From Lama glama (lineage: Eukaryota), in NCBI GenBank assembly GCA_028534125.1, contig CM052851.1:4650001-4714000 (forward strand): a stretch of 64,000 nt of DNA. The letters are read 5' to 3'. Shown here piece after piece: positions 16,294 to 34,229 of the stretch. Both the position numbers and the translations under genes were made by a program. Each line of letters opens with the position of its first letter. Positions within the stretch are counted from its first letter, which is position 1. The notes beneath the pieces were generated by a model. The model was given only the letters and a program-made list of their open reading frames with translations, was not told the origin of the DNA and made no database searches.

Positions 16294-16634
16294 GACCACA
16301 GACCCTGTGGATGCCACTCCCCACTCACCTCCTCCTCCTCCTCCTCCACCCCCTTTCTCACTCAGCCTCTGCTGGCAGGTCACACTGACTCCAACTGGCT
16401 GCCCCTTGCCCCCTACTGAGGGTTTCTGGGGCAGGTTCAGGGGCCAGTCTGCACCCTGACCCATCCTGTGGGCCCAGGCTGGAGCCACCACCTGGCTTTT
16501 GTCACTGTTACTGTGGAGGATTTTTGTACCAAGGAGAGCTTCTATTCTGAGGGGCCATCTCCCCCGCCCCCTCCTAGCCCCCCTGTTCCCTGCCCTGAGG
16601 AAGCTGGAGGGATCAGCTCTATATTTTCATTCCA

Positions 16635-16640
16635 AATAAA
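16635..16640 (+). terminator. CORO1B polyadenylation signal
   Basis: AATAAA about 340 nt after the stop codon. Confidence 0.8.
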
Positions 16641-16989
16641 ATTCTCTTTCTAAAAGCCAGGTTTGCCCTTCTGCTGCAAGGGTAGGGCTGGGAAAGGAAG
16701 TCTGGACACCTGGGGACATAAGTGGCCTCTTGAGATCGTAGATCAGAGAAAGATCTGGGGGCTGTGAGCATCCCCCATAGTCATCGAGTCCCTGACTTCT
16801 GCCAGGTTGGGAAACAGGCAGAGGGTCGCTGGGTACCTCCGGGGCCTTGTCCTGCTTCAAGCTGGGTGCCCAGTTCCTCTTGGAGGCCTGGTCACAGGCC
16901 CCATAGCTCCAGCCTTGCTGGGTGAGAGACCGGTGAGGATCTGGTGTGGATCGGGGTAGTGCTGAGAGGCCAAGGCCCCCCACGGAGGT

Positions 16990-17131
16990 GGGGGCCAATG
17001 GAGTGTTGTGGGCAGGAAGCGGAAGCACTGAGTAACCCCTAGCTGCAGTCGAGAGCGCGAGAGCTCACTTCTCATTCAACACAGCCCGAGCTGGAGGTGG
17101 GCGCCCAGTGCTGAGAGGCCCACGGACCATG
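16990..17131 (+). promoter_or_regulatory. PTPRCAP promoter and first exon
   Basis: CCAAT at 16995, tandem ETS sites CAGGAAGCGGAAGC at 17013-17026, AP-1-like TGAGTAA at 17029, Inr-like CTCACTTC near 17064; the exon ends in ATG|gtgag at 17131. Confidence 0.65.
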
Positions 17132-18887
17132 GTGAGCGATGGCACCTGTTGGGTCCTTGGGGTGGGGGCCACAGGGGGTCAGGGCTGGAATGTTTGGGTC
17201 CCGCAAGCTGAGGAGAGATCCTCTGACTGGGGCCCAGGGGCAGGAACAGCCAGTCAAGGGCGGAGGCGAGAGACTCAGGGTGAGCACAGGGCAGAAACTG
17301 GGCCTTTCACCTCGCTTTAGATGGTCCTCCTACGGACTCAGGGTGTGGGCCCCCAGTGCCGTACTCTACGCCCGACCCACAGATAGACCCTGTCGCCTGC
17401 TCTACCCAGGAGCTGGGACTTGAGCACAGTCCCAGCTTGCCTCCCTAGAGCCTGGGCAGACAGCCGGGGACGGGGGGAAGTATTGCTTGCACCCCGGCAT
17501 CCCTCCCCCTTCTCCCCACATCCCCCACCTGACTTGTTCCGACCGCAGGCTTCCTCTGGCAGCTGCACCTGCCTCCCTGAGCCCCTGGCCCTGCGAGCCT
17601 GAGGCCCCCAGGGACAGAGTTGAACGGAAATGCTGCAGCTGGGGCAGTCCCATGGCTGGGGGGAGGAAGAGGGGTCTCAGGGACTCCCATCCCAGGACCT
17701 GGCCCAGTCCCTTGGCTGGGGCCTTGGGAGGAGCCAGCCCCAACACCAGCCTCGCAGGCATCTTCCCTCCCTTCCATCTCCCACTCCCAGGTGGCAGTGT
17801 CTTAACACATTCAACCATTATCTATTGAGCACCTGCTCTGTGCTATGAATTGTTTAGGTGCTTGAGCCAAAAAGACAATAAACACAATAAACAAGCAGAG
17901 TGATCTACAGTGTTGGGGAGTGGGTAGGAAAGCAGAGCAGGGCTGGGCTGGCCACAGGAGTAACTGTCAGGGTAGAAATCCAGGTCTGGTTAGGCCGCAC
18001 TGAGGTCCTCTGAGCCAGGTGAGCAGGCAAGCCATGTGGCTCTCAGGGGAATGCAGCATTCTGGACAGATGGAACAGCCAGGGAACAGGCCCTGGGCAGG
18101 AGCAGGCTTACGTGGTGCAGTGGGAGTGAGGAGGCACCGGTGGTCAGATATCACAAAGCCAGGAAGGGCCTTGTTGGCTAAGGACGGGCTTTTCTGCTTG
18201 ACTGTCCCCATGTTGCCCAAGAGGCTGCCAAGCACAGGCAATGAGCCCCTGCCTGTCTCCCCACAGGACCTGCCCTGTGCCCTAGGGCTCTGGACACTGC
18301 TGGCACTGCCGGGGACCCTGGGCTCAGATGGAGGTGCCAAGGACAGCGGGGGCTCCAACTCAGTTACTGTTGTCCTGCTGCTGCTGCTGCTCCTGCTGCT
18401 GGTCACTGGCCTGGCACTGGCTTGGCGCCGCCTCAGCCGGGACTCGGGGGGCTACTACCACCCGGCCCGCCTGGGTGCCGCGCTGTGGGGCCGCACTCGT
18501 CGCCTGTTCTGGGCCAGCCCGCCAGGCCGATGGCTCCGGACCAGGGCTGAGCTGGAGTCGCCAGATGAGGAGCCAGAGCAGCAGGAGGATGAGCAGGACA
18601 TGGAAGATGACTACGACCTGGGAGTTAGCCGGGTGGAGGCTGAATCCCAGGAAGAGGAGCAGCGATGCGGGGAGATGCCCATCCCACAGCAGGTCCCAGA
18701 GCCGGCTTTGGAGGTACATGATGATGATGCCGAAGGGGGCCTGGGCCTGGCCTCCCAGGGGCCAGCAGGATCAGGGGGCAGTGCCGAGGCCCTACTGAGT
18801 GACCTGCACGCCTTTGCTGGAAGCGCGGCCTGGGACGACAGCGATAGGGCAGCTGGGGGCCAGGGTCTCCACGTCACCGCACTGTAG
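17129..18887 (+). CDS. PTPRCAP: CD45-associated protein (LPAP), 207 aa
   Basis: ATG at 17129-17131 directly followed by a GTGAG donor; exon 2 is 18267-18887 after ccacag. Signal peptide, poly-Leu TM, WRRLSRDSGGYYHPARLGAALWGRTRR, acidic tail, ...LHVTAL*. Confidence 0.95.
17805..18190 (-). mobile_element. L2 fragment in the PTPRCAP intron
   Basis: CATTCAACC...TATTGAGCACCTGCTCTGTGCTA and TTCTGGACAGATGGAACAGC. Confidence 0.55.
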
Positions 18888-19100
18888 GAGCCAGCCCTGG
18901 TGCTGCATCCCTGCCACTGTGCCTCTGCTTCCCAAGCTGCCATGTCTGGACACGGCCTACCCTGGACACATTGTAACCCACACCCCCACTTGGAGAACCT
19001 CAGACTGTCATGCCCCCCACTAGTTCTATCCCCGAATGTGTGTATCCCTGGCCCCTCCAGGAAGGCCACCCATCCCCAGGGGCACTGGGCAGCCATCTGA

Positions 19101-19106
19101 AATAAA
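19101..19106 (+). terminator. PTPRCAP polyadenylation signal
   Basis: AATAAA about 215 nt after the stop codon. Confidence 0.8.
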
Positions 19107-19207
19107 ACCTCTCCAGTCCCATAGCTCTGTGCTCCTGTTGTGACCTCCCCCACCCACTGGCCCCAGAAGTCTAAAGGAAGAGCCAGGTCAGTGCCATGAT
19201 TCAATAC

Positions 19208-19213
19208 TTTAAT
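19208..19213 (-). terminator. RPS6KB2 polyadenylation signal (ATTAAA)
   Basis: TTTAAT on + strand about 235 nt past the RPS6KB2 stop codon. Confidence 0.7.
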
Positions 19214-19446
19214 TCTCCAAGGGCACAGCTCAACTGCGAGAGGCCAGGTGGGTGGCCCCTCGACCAGCAGCCCTTCATGATCATGATTCAGGGGCACAGC
19301 CACCCTCCCCAGAGACACACATTCCCACACACACTCACTCCTGTACCCCCAGCCCCAGCCCCAGGTCTCTGAACTGGCCCAGGGGCCCACTGTCCTCACG
19401 GCTTAGAGGGAGGGGTCTTCCTGGAGGCCTTCGCCCACCCGTCCTC

Positions 19447-24851
<5,405 letters not shown>

Positions 24852-26062
24852 AGCGGCGCCGGCCCCGCGGGCCACTCGGCCGGTACCCGGCCGCGATCTG
24901 ACTGACAGGCAGGGGCGGTGGCTTATACGTCATCACTCCGCGACGGCCGCCTCGCGCGCCGATGACGCAAGAGGTTGTCCCTCCCTCGAGCCGGCCGCTT
25001 AGCGGGCGAGGAGAAAAGATGGCGTCGATTGCAAGGCATCTCGGGAATGGTAGTCCCAGAGTGCAGGGGTACTAAGGCCTTCCGCACTCTCTTCCGCGGG
25101 CCCTTCAATCTTTCCAGCACAGCTTCACCGGGGCGGCACCGGACAAGGGCGGCCTGGAAGGCGTCTATCTTGGTTCTGGGAAGAGTTTGGATGGGGCAGA
25201 GTCAGAAGTGCATGCATGTGTGAGTGTAAATGCAGTTCCCAGCAGCCGTGCCCTGTCAGGCTCCCTGAGTGGCGAGAAGCAGCTGGCGTATATTCCTCTG
25301 TTTGCCTCCGAAAGGGAGCCGACTGCTGCATCGTGATCTCCCTAACGTGCCTCTCGGCTCCAGGACCCTGCAAATCAGAGCCTCTACTGCTCCATACTCT
25401 GCTCAATGCTGGGTTTTGTTGCCGAATTCCTTACTGAAAGGGTTTGGGTCTCATTGATCCACCAGGTAAATATGAGTTTGTGCTGGAGTTTGCCTGTTGC
25501 CAATTTAAGCACATTTAGTCGTGATTCGGTTACCTGGTACAGAATAGGTGCTTCATAAAACTTTACTACAAATATAATGAATGAATGAACACACCAGACC
25601 TTGTCTGTGAGTTTAGATTTGGACATGTATTCTTGTTGGATGGGGTTCTGAGGGGGTGAATTGGGCCAGACCAAGCCTTGGATGAATTCTGATCATTGGA
25701 AGCTGTCTGGATGTGCATTCCAGTTGGACAGGGCAGGCTAGGTATGAACTCAAATGGACAGAATTCAGGGGTCCCCAGGCTGGAGAAAGGCTATCTGGTT
25801 GGGTGTGGCCCTCTGGTTGTAATCTCACCCTCGGGAAACTCAGGTTTGGGTCCTGGTGTAGGTGCCCCTGGCAGGCCTCCCACAGGTCAGCTCAGAGGCC
25901 TGGCCAGTGTGGCGGTTTATCCTTAGCTCCAGAGGCTACAGGTATCCCCTAACTACCTTTCCCTCCCCCTTCCTCATCCCCTCCTCTAGCTGACCCTGAG
26001 AAGTGCTGTCCGAGTCGCAAGAACCTATCCCAGACTCTGGACAGTTCACTAGTCCACAAGCC

Positions 26063-26068
26063 TTTATT
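26063..26068 (-). terminator. CARNS1 polyadenylation signal
   Basis: TTTATT on + strand about 960 nt past the CARNS1 stop codon. Confidence 0.7.
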
Positions 26069-27029
26069 TGGAGAGGGATGCTTGTGGCGCTGTCCACAGC
26101 TCCTGTGCTGCACAGAGGCAGTATTCTTAAAGCAGCCTCCCCTGAATGAGGAAGTGTAGCCCGTGCTAGTTAGGTGTGCCTGAGGCCAAGCACCAAAGCT
26201 TGGTGAAGGTGCAAGGTGCATTGGGGGGAGGGGGGAGGTTCACACATCTCAGGGCCACGTGTGAGGGCAGGGAGGTGAGTTGGGCTTAGAAGCTGAGTGG
26301 GCACGTACAAGTTAGTAAAAGCAGAAACCTGGACCTTGCATCTTGTCCCCTGACCCTTCAACCACTGTGCTATGACATCGAGGCAGTGGTTTTTCCTCTC
26401 TGAGCCTGTTTTTTTTTCTGTAGAATGGGGCAATAGTGTCTGCCTGGAGGGGAGATGGTTACTGCTGACCCCAGTCACCTGCTTCTACTGCTCATGCCAA
26501 ATGACGCAGGTGGGGCATTGCCAGAAGTTGTCACCAGGCATTCTAGGCCTATCCTAAAATTTGTTAAATGAGGGCATGAGGAGAACAAAGGGTTCTTGGG
26601 ATGTGTTCAAGGCCAGGGGCCAGCCAGGTTCTCTCCTGCAGACAGCAGGAAGAGAGACAGACCTGGAGGGGTGGGGAAGATGGACTGGGTTTAGGCCCAC
26701 TCCCAGCAACCTGGGGGTAGGGTGTATGTATGTGCAACTGTTGTTGCTTCTCCATGGGTAGAGTCCTGGGACAGCTGTGGGCTGGACTGGGGCTTTGGGG
26801 AGGGCAAGAAGGCCTAACAGCCTCCCAGATACGTTCTTCTGTGCCCCTCAAGCCCAGGAGACCTTGGTGTCAAAATGGCCCTGCCACTCTGGAAGAGACC
26901 TGGGGCCTTGGAGTGGACCTGACCAGGGTTGGGGCAGGGCTTTGGCAAGAGATGCTGGGAGAGCACCAGGGAGCAGAGGGCACTGCAGTGCCCCTTCCAG
27001 CACTTTGCCCCTGCCCTCCAGCCCCAGCA

Positions 27030-30000
27030 CTATTTGAAGTGGGACAAGAAGTAGGCAACGGGGTAGTGGGGCCCATCAATGCCGAGGCCCTGACAGAGGC
27101 CCAGCAGGCGGAGACGGGCCTCGGCCGGGCTGGGCCCAGCACAAGCCACGCTGCAGTAGGGTTCCTCATATTCGCCAGGCACCAGGGCCTCCTCCAGTAG
27201 ATTGAGGCGCAGCAGGCCCTGGTCGTGAAGAGCCTGCAGGGTCTCACGGCTGGTGGTGGAACTCAGGACCTGCAGGTGCTGGGACACCAGGCACATGACG
27301 CCCACCAGGTGACCACGGGCGCGTGGGTGGGCAGGCAAGGCGGGCCGCAGGCCACAGGCCACCATAGCAGCAGCCAGCAGGAGGTCCACACCATAAAGCT
27401 CCAGGATCCAGTCTCGTAGGTAGAAGCCGCCCATGCGGGGGTTGATCTCAATGAGCCGCGGCCCAGTCCCAGTCAGCTTGAGCTCCACATTGAAGACGCC
27501 ATCCAGCAGCCCACAGCCCAGGCAACAGCGGAAAGCTGCCTGCACCAGCTGCGCCTCCTGCTCTGGTGCCAGTCCAGTGGGCATACAGGCGGCTGTCTCA
27601 GTGAAGCCAGGCAGCCGTGTGGGGCCATTGTCAGAGACAAAGGCAGCCAGCAGTCGCCCACCAAACAACACCAGATCCACATCGTGTTCAGTGCCCTCAA
27701 TGAACTCCATTAGCAGCATGGCATTGCCCCAGCCCAGCCCAATGCCGGGATGGTCGGCCTCGCCCTGCAGGTCACGGGCGATCCGGGAAAAGTGCTCATG
27801 GCACTGTGGCGCATCCTCCACTAGCCGTACACCTACAGCGCCTGCCCCAAACTCCAGCTTCATGACACCTGGCAGGGGTACTTGGCGGACAGCCTTGTCC
27901 ACGTCAGCCTCACTCTCCAGTGGACAGCAGGGCACAGCATAGAGGGAGGGCGCGGGCCAGGGTGGGCCATGGTGGCACAACAGGTGCAGCTGGGTACGGC
28001 TCTTCTGCTTGGCCAGGCGCATGGCGGCCGGCGGGCTGCAGGGCAGACCCAGCTCCTGGCAGAGCAAGGCTGTGAGCACCAGGCAGTCATCCCAGTAGGA
28101 AAAGCAGCCATCTAGCTGCAGGCCACGTGCCCGCACCAGCTCCGCCAACAACCGTGCATTCTCCTCATCCCTCTGGTGCTCTGTTACATCGAAGTGGATG
28201 AAGGTCTGCACCAGCTGGGACGCAAAGTGGTTGGGGTCCGACTCCACCAGGTGCAGCTGCAGAAACCACAGGACGGCAACACACTGAGATGAGCTTTTGC
28301 TGGGCACTGGGCCATAGGATGGGACCTAGAACATAGTCCTGGCCCTCAGGGGAGACAGGCTCACCAATGCTAGGTGCTCCAAAAATATTTGTTGGTGATT
28401 ATATGGAAGGTACAGAGGTGGGACACTTAATCCAGCCTAAAGGTGAGGGAAGGCAACCTAGAGGAGGCAGTGTTTAAGCTGGGAGCTGGATAAGAGTCGG
28501 CCAGAGGAAAGATGGCTGCAGGAGAGAGGTTGTGACCAAGGTGGGAGGGGGCTCGAGTGCAGAAGGGAGGGGTGACAGAGTGCAGAAGGGTGGTGGACTC
28601 TTTCCCATAGGCAGGCCCAGTCTGGTCAAGACTTGTAGGGAAACCTCAAGGGTTAGGGCTTGGGACTGGTGGTCTGGTGTCCCGGAGGCTTTTCACACCT
28701 GGCGGGAAGAGAATTCACCTAGAGGCCAAAAACAGTTGAGACTGCCCACCTCGGCGGGGCCTGTCGCCCAGCCAGCCCACGCCTGAGCTCTAGGCCTCCT
28801 GCTAGAATACCCGGCGCAGGCCCCGCCCCAAGGTCAACACCGCCCCGGGCCCGCCCCCGGGGCCCGCCTCCACCAAGGCCCGGACTTTGAGCCCCGCCCA
28901 CCTTGAGCCCGTAGTCGCGCGCCGCCTCCCACACGAACTTCTTACTAACGCCACCGGCGCCGAGCAGCAGCAGCTGTTTTCCCTCCATGAGGTAGCGCGC
29001 CGAGCGCCTCAGCATCGTCTCCAGCAGCGGCGCGGCCGCCGCCTCCTCGGCCACCAGCCCCGGGCGCGGTGCGGCCCACAGCCCCTCGAGCGCGCCGCAC
29101 GCCTCCAGACATAGGCCTCCGTTCAGCTCCAGGGCCACGGGGGTCAGCGCGCGGCCAGCCACCGTCAGGACGAAGTCCACCCCTGGGCCGGGCACGGGAC
29201 GCGGGCTCAGTGCGAGCCGCCCTCGGGCCTCCGGCCCCCGCCCCGTGCCCCACCCCCGTCCCAGTCCCCGGCGTCCCGCACTCACCGAGGAAGTCAGTGC
29301 GGGCTTGGCGCCCGCCGCGCTGCTCAGCGCTCAGGCCAGCCTCCAGGGCCAGCACGGCGGCTAGCGCAGCCTCGGCCGCCGCCTTCACGCGCCGCCGCAC
29401 ATCCGTCACCTGCGAGGCCTCACCCAGGCCGCACTGGGCTAGCGCCACTTCCAGCGTACGTGGCAAGGAGTTCTGGTGCCGCAGAGGCCGGTCCCCACGG
29501 CCCACTCCGCATACCACCTGGGCAGGGTGTGGCTCAGGGGGCTTGTCCAAGAAGAGTCCTCTCGGGACTACCCCCGGCCCCCAACACACCTTCCCCTGTG
29601 CCACGATTCAGGCCACACCCCTCAATGGACATTCACGAAGTCCTGTCCTCCAGTGCGACTTACTGCGTGAACTACTCATCTGGTCTCTAGACCACTAGGG
29701 GGATTCTAGCCAAGCTTCCAGGCCCAGTTGGGGTCTCTGCTCCCTAAGGTCTCCAAGCATGCTTGCTTCTAGTTCCTGCAGCCCTGGGGGCCTGTGCCAC
29801 CCTGGTGGGCCCCAGCCCTAGAGCTCCTCTCTCTGCTTGGCACAGAGATATGTCCCCAGGAAGGGAACCCAAGCCTCCCTGACCTCCCAACTTGGAGGGC
29901 CCTCCTACAGGGCTCCAGGCACTGGAGGTTTATCAAGGACCTTGGGTCAGCCTCTTCTTGGGCAAGAGCTCCCTAGAAAGAGAATTCAGCCCTGGGTCCT

Positions 30001-33000
30001 TGTACTCAGCGCAGGATACCAGGTAGAGCTCCTGATGTGGGAGGGGTACAGGGTTGGAGAGGAGGGAAAGTGTCAGACTCAGTTCTCCTGGAGGCAACAA
30101 AATGCCCGCAAAGATTTTGTCCTCTCTCTGCCCTGGGGCCCCCCCATCGGCCCAGTGGAGATGGGCTGGGGTGTGGCAGTAGGATCATGACCTGAACCTG
30201 AGCCATGCTCACCTTGCTCAGCAGGGGCCTGTCACCCTGTGTCCGACACACCACAGCACAGATACGCAGAGCCAGCTCAGGGCCAGGTAGGGGACTACCT
30301 GGGGAAAGACAGTGAGGCCTGAGCCCAGCACTGAGTAGCCAGAAGGCCAGGCCAAGCACCACCCTTGGCCAGCCCAGGTGGCTCTCACCTGGGAAGGGGA
30401 GTCGGGCAGGTGGGCACACAGCCTCAACCAGGACACTCTCCTCCTCCTCCAGTTTCTCCAGCAGTGCCAGCACTGTGTCCACCACTGGGTCCAGCTCTGT
30501 TCGTGGGTACAGACGCAAAGCCTGCCGTCCCCGCCAGCGCCAGCCACTGAGCTTCACGGCTACCTGCAACAGGGAGGGGAAGGGGGCATCCTCACCACGC
30601 CATGTACCTGCAAGATGGGACACGCAGACCATAGGAGCTCATGAACAGACTGAGGTAAGGCAGGTGACTGCTACAGAGAGATGGGGCAGTGGCAGGGCTC
30701 AAAGCTGGGGACACTTTCCCAGCAGGACTTGGTAACCATCCATGGCTCCCATCCTGCTGGCATCTGTACAGCCTCAGGGGCAGTAGCCTGTTACCTGCAG
30801 GGCATCACCCAGGGCCTTGGAGTGCAGGAAGGCCCCTACTTCCTCCTTCACCAGTGTCTCCTGGCCCTCTTTGCCATTCAGCTCCACCAGCCGTAGTCCC
30901 GGGCTGGCATCCCCTCCCCGCAGCAGTGCTGGTGGCTTGTAGGTGAAAGCCAGGGTAGCTGGCACGGCCACGTCACCCTGCTGAGCCAGCAATCGCCTTG
31001 TCAGCAGCCGGTCCTCCAGCAGCCGGGCCAGCTCAGCTGAGGCTCCTGTGGGGCAGGTCAGGTCGCGGGCGAGCTCAGCTGCCTCTCGACCAGGGCCAGG
31101 CCCCAGCCCCAGGCCCGCCAGGAAGTAGGTGGCCCGGCGCGGGGGGACAAAGTCATCCAGGAATGTCAGGCCCCCCGGGTGGAAGCTCACAGCCTTGGAG
31201 ACCAGCAGGGCTGCCTCACCGGGCTGCCCTGGTGCTGGCACCTTTGTCAGCCAAGCAGGGGACAGGCAAAGGAGCATGTTTCCTGTGGGCAGAGGGAGGA
31301 GGGTTGCTGGCCAGGGAAGGCTTAATGCCCCATGCCCTCCACCTCCAGCCTGGGCCCCTGGGTCGTAGTGGGCAGCTGCTGCCAGAACCCACCCCCACTC
31401 AAAGCAGGGCAGCTGGTGTGGTGGAATGCAGGCAGTTGCCAGGGTCGGCGGGTATTTTGGGATGTGGCCGGGCCAGGGCAGGACTGCCCTTTCTGTAGGA
31501 GGGGGTGGGGGAACTTGGGAACACACTCACCCGGGCTCTGGACCCCACCCTCCAGCAGCACGGACAGAAAGGTGCAGGGGGATCCCAGAATGCACAAGGT
31601 CACCTCCGCCCCAGGGCAGCCTCAGGGAAGAGAACATTGCCAAGCTCACCAGGGGCTCCCCTTGCTGTCTTTCTGCCCACCTTTCCCCACCCCCCTAGGC
31701 CTGCCCATACCCTTGGGCCCCCAGGTCCTTCCTGGGTATGGGACGAAAAGAGAAAGGGGACAGAGAAGGCTGGGGAGGGAGGGGGAAGCTGTCTGCCCAC
31801 CCCTGCCCCGAGAGGCTGGCTCCTTTCTCTCTGTGGCTGGTCCAGAAGGCATGAAGGCTGGGTGACTGGAGACCTGGGTTCTAGCCTGAGCTCTGCCACT
31901 GACTTTCTGTGTGACCCTTGGTCCCTGTGCACCCTGTGCAGTGGAGAGAGGAGTCTCTGCACCTCAGTTTCCCCATCTGTAGAAGGGGGCAAAGTCTGAG
32001 ATGGTCACGTATTCTAGCTGTAAACCTTCTGTCCACACAAAATCTTCTGTGGCTACCTGGTACATAAAACAGATAAAACAAGGGAGGAGTTTTGGATCCC
32101 AACTGCTAGCTGGCTCCACAGCAGCTCCCAAGATATTTCTGTAGAAGCTTTGGCTCCACAGAACATGGATTGCAAATCCCAGGGCTGGATCTTCTGGAGG
32201 TGGGAGGGGAGCCTTGATATCTGACTTTACTGGTGCCAGATGCCCTTTGAAATGCCTGCCTGCCTGAGGTTGACTGGCCTTGCCTCCCTGGCTTCAGATT
32301 GAGCCAGAGCCTGGGGGAAGGGGCTGACTTTGACAGAGCTGGAAAGCAGGCTGGGCTGAGGGTGCCTCCCTCCTCCCCAGGGATGCCCCCCTCCACGGAG
32401 CCCTTGGGCACCTGTGCGGGGCACCTGGCTGCGGTCCTGAGTCTCCGGAAGGCCAGCTTGCTGCAGACAGCTCTGCAGGAGGCTGTAGTAGTAGACAGTC
32501 CAGGCCCGGGCCTCTGCTCCCTCAGGGGAGCCCTTGCAGTCCAGGCCCACTTCATGGCTCCAGGAACCAGGGAAGAAGCCTGGGGGTGGCAGGCCAGAGC
32601 CCCCGCCCCATGGGCCCTCCTCCTCCTCCAGGTCCTTGGAGCCCAGGGGGCAGTCCCACTCGGGACCCAGTGGATCCAGGGAGAGCTGAGGGGGGCAGAA
32701 GTGGTGGGTCTTGGGCAAGGTGAGCAAGAGGCACATTAAGTCACCCAAGGGTATAAGCCCCCTACTGTCCTGTCCTTGGGTAGACACTGTCCTCGGAACC
32801 AAAGAGGATGGGGCTGGATTGGAGGATGAAGGCTGGACACCAGGGACATGTAGGTGGAAGTGCTTTGTAAACGGTATGTGTGGTGCCCCCGGGGGTGGGG
32901 GCAGAAAGCAGTGCACTGCTGGCTGGACCACTGCACCCCCCACATCCCACGCCCAGGTCCGTCCCAGCTTGGTTCACAGGGGCAGAGGTTTTGTCTGTTT

Positions 33001-33948
33001 TGCTTATTGAAGCAGCCCCAGCACCTAAAACGTGCCTGGCACACCGCAGCTACTCAGTGTTTGATGACTGAAGAATAAATAAGCTAATGAACCAAGCAAT
33101 CAGTTGGGCTGCTCACTTCTCTCTGGCCTCAGTGACCCATCTACCATCATGGAGTTCTGCTGAGACCGAAATATGTAGGTGAATCTGTTCCATCATCATC
33201 CCCAAGCAGGCCCGAGGATGTTCTGAATCATGAAAATGCTTTCTTTGGATGAAATCTTATACCCTGCCCCTTTCTGAGGCTGGCTGACTCCCAAATGAGG
33301 CTGCTCAGAGGCTCAGTGTGAACATAGGCGGGGACACGGGTGGGCCTGTCCTCCGGGGGACAGGCTTGGCCTCCTTGGACAAGTCATGAGGTTTCTTTGA
33401 GCCTTGTGGGTGCCTGGGGCCTGTTATGTCCGCCCCCATGGTGCTGATGAGGCTTGGACCTAGGGAATCACCTCAGTCATTGGGAGACAGCATACTGCAG
33501 GCGGCCGGGAGAGCAGAGGTCTGGGCCTCTGACTTGGACTTGAAACCCAGTTTGGCCAGTGCCAAATTCTGAGCTTCGGTGCACTCTCTTAGAAGTTGAG
33601 TTCCCTGAGAGTCCAGACTGGGTTCACTGCTATGTCCTCAAACTTAGACTATGGCAAGGCGCATGGTAATATAAATATTGCAGAATGAATGAATGCCGAA
33701 AGGGACCAAGAGTGCCTGCCTCCCAGGGCTGGTGGGGGAGAGATGGAGGGCCTGGCACACAGCCCCTGCTTGTCCCATGGCACACAGAGTGGGAAGTCAA
33801 GGCGTATGTGTGCAGCTGGTCATGGGTTGGAGCTGTCTGCCAGGCAGTCCCAGGGCTAGGCTTTTACGGCCAGGTGCTGCCCTCTGGGCTCTCCCTCTGC
33901 TTAGGGGCTTGGGCTTTTTGTCCAGAGGGGACAGAGAAGACTCACCAT
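27030..33948 (-). CDS. CARNS1: Carnosine synthase 1 (ATP-grasp, ATPGD1), 9 coding exons, 951 aa
   Basis: ATG 33946-33948, then exons 32412-32685, 31531-31620, 30795-31282, 30389-30563, 30213-30298, 29286-29517, 28902-29182, 27030-28256, sum 2856 nt. MLSLDPLGPEWDCPLGSKDL..., VMKLEFGAGAVGV, MEFIEGTE, IEINPRMGG, ...LSHFK*. Confidence 0.96.
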
Positions 33949-34229
33949 CTTACAGGTGGAGAGGCTGAGAAGAAGAGAGACAAAGATGGAGTCAGGGCAG
34001 CAGGGTCTCTACCTCAGCACCCTGCCCCTAAGACTTTGGGAGCTAAGAGGTGGCTGCGACAGTGCCTCTCTCCTGTCCCAGCCAGGAGGTGTCCAAGGCT
34101 ACCCCACCCCCACCCCAAGGAAGCAGAAGGTTTTCGGAAGCCCAGACCCCATGGGACCCACACCCCATCTCACACATCCTAAGTTGCGCTGGGCAATGCT
34201 GAGGGTCCTGGCACTCAGCCTTTCCAGAG

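Noticed and set aside
18036-18266. 77 extra N-terminal residues of the 283-aa PTPRCAP ORF
   Set aside because: Intronic (partly L2) open frame; the true ATG is in exon 1 at 17129.
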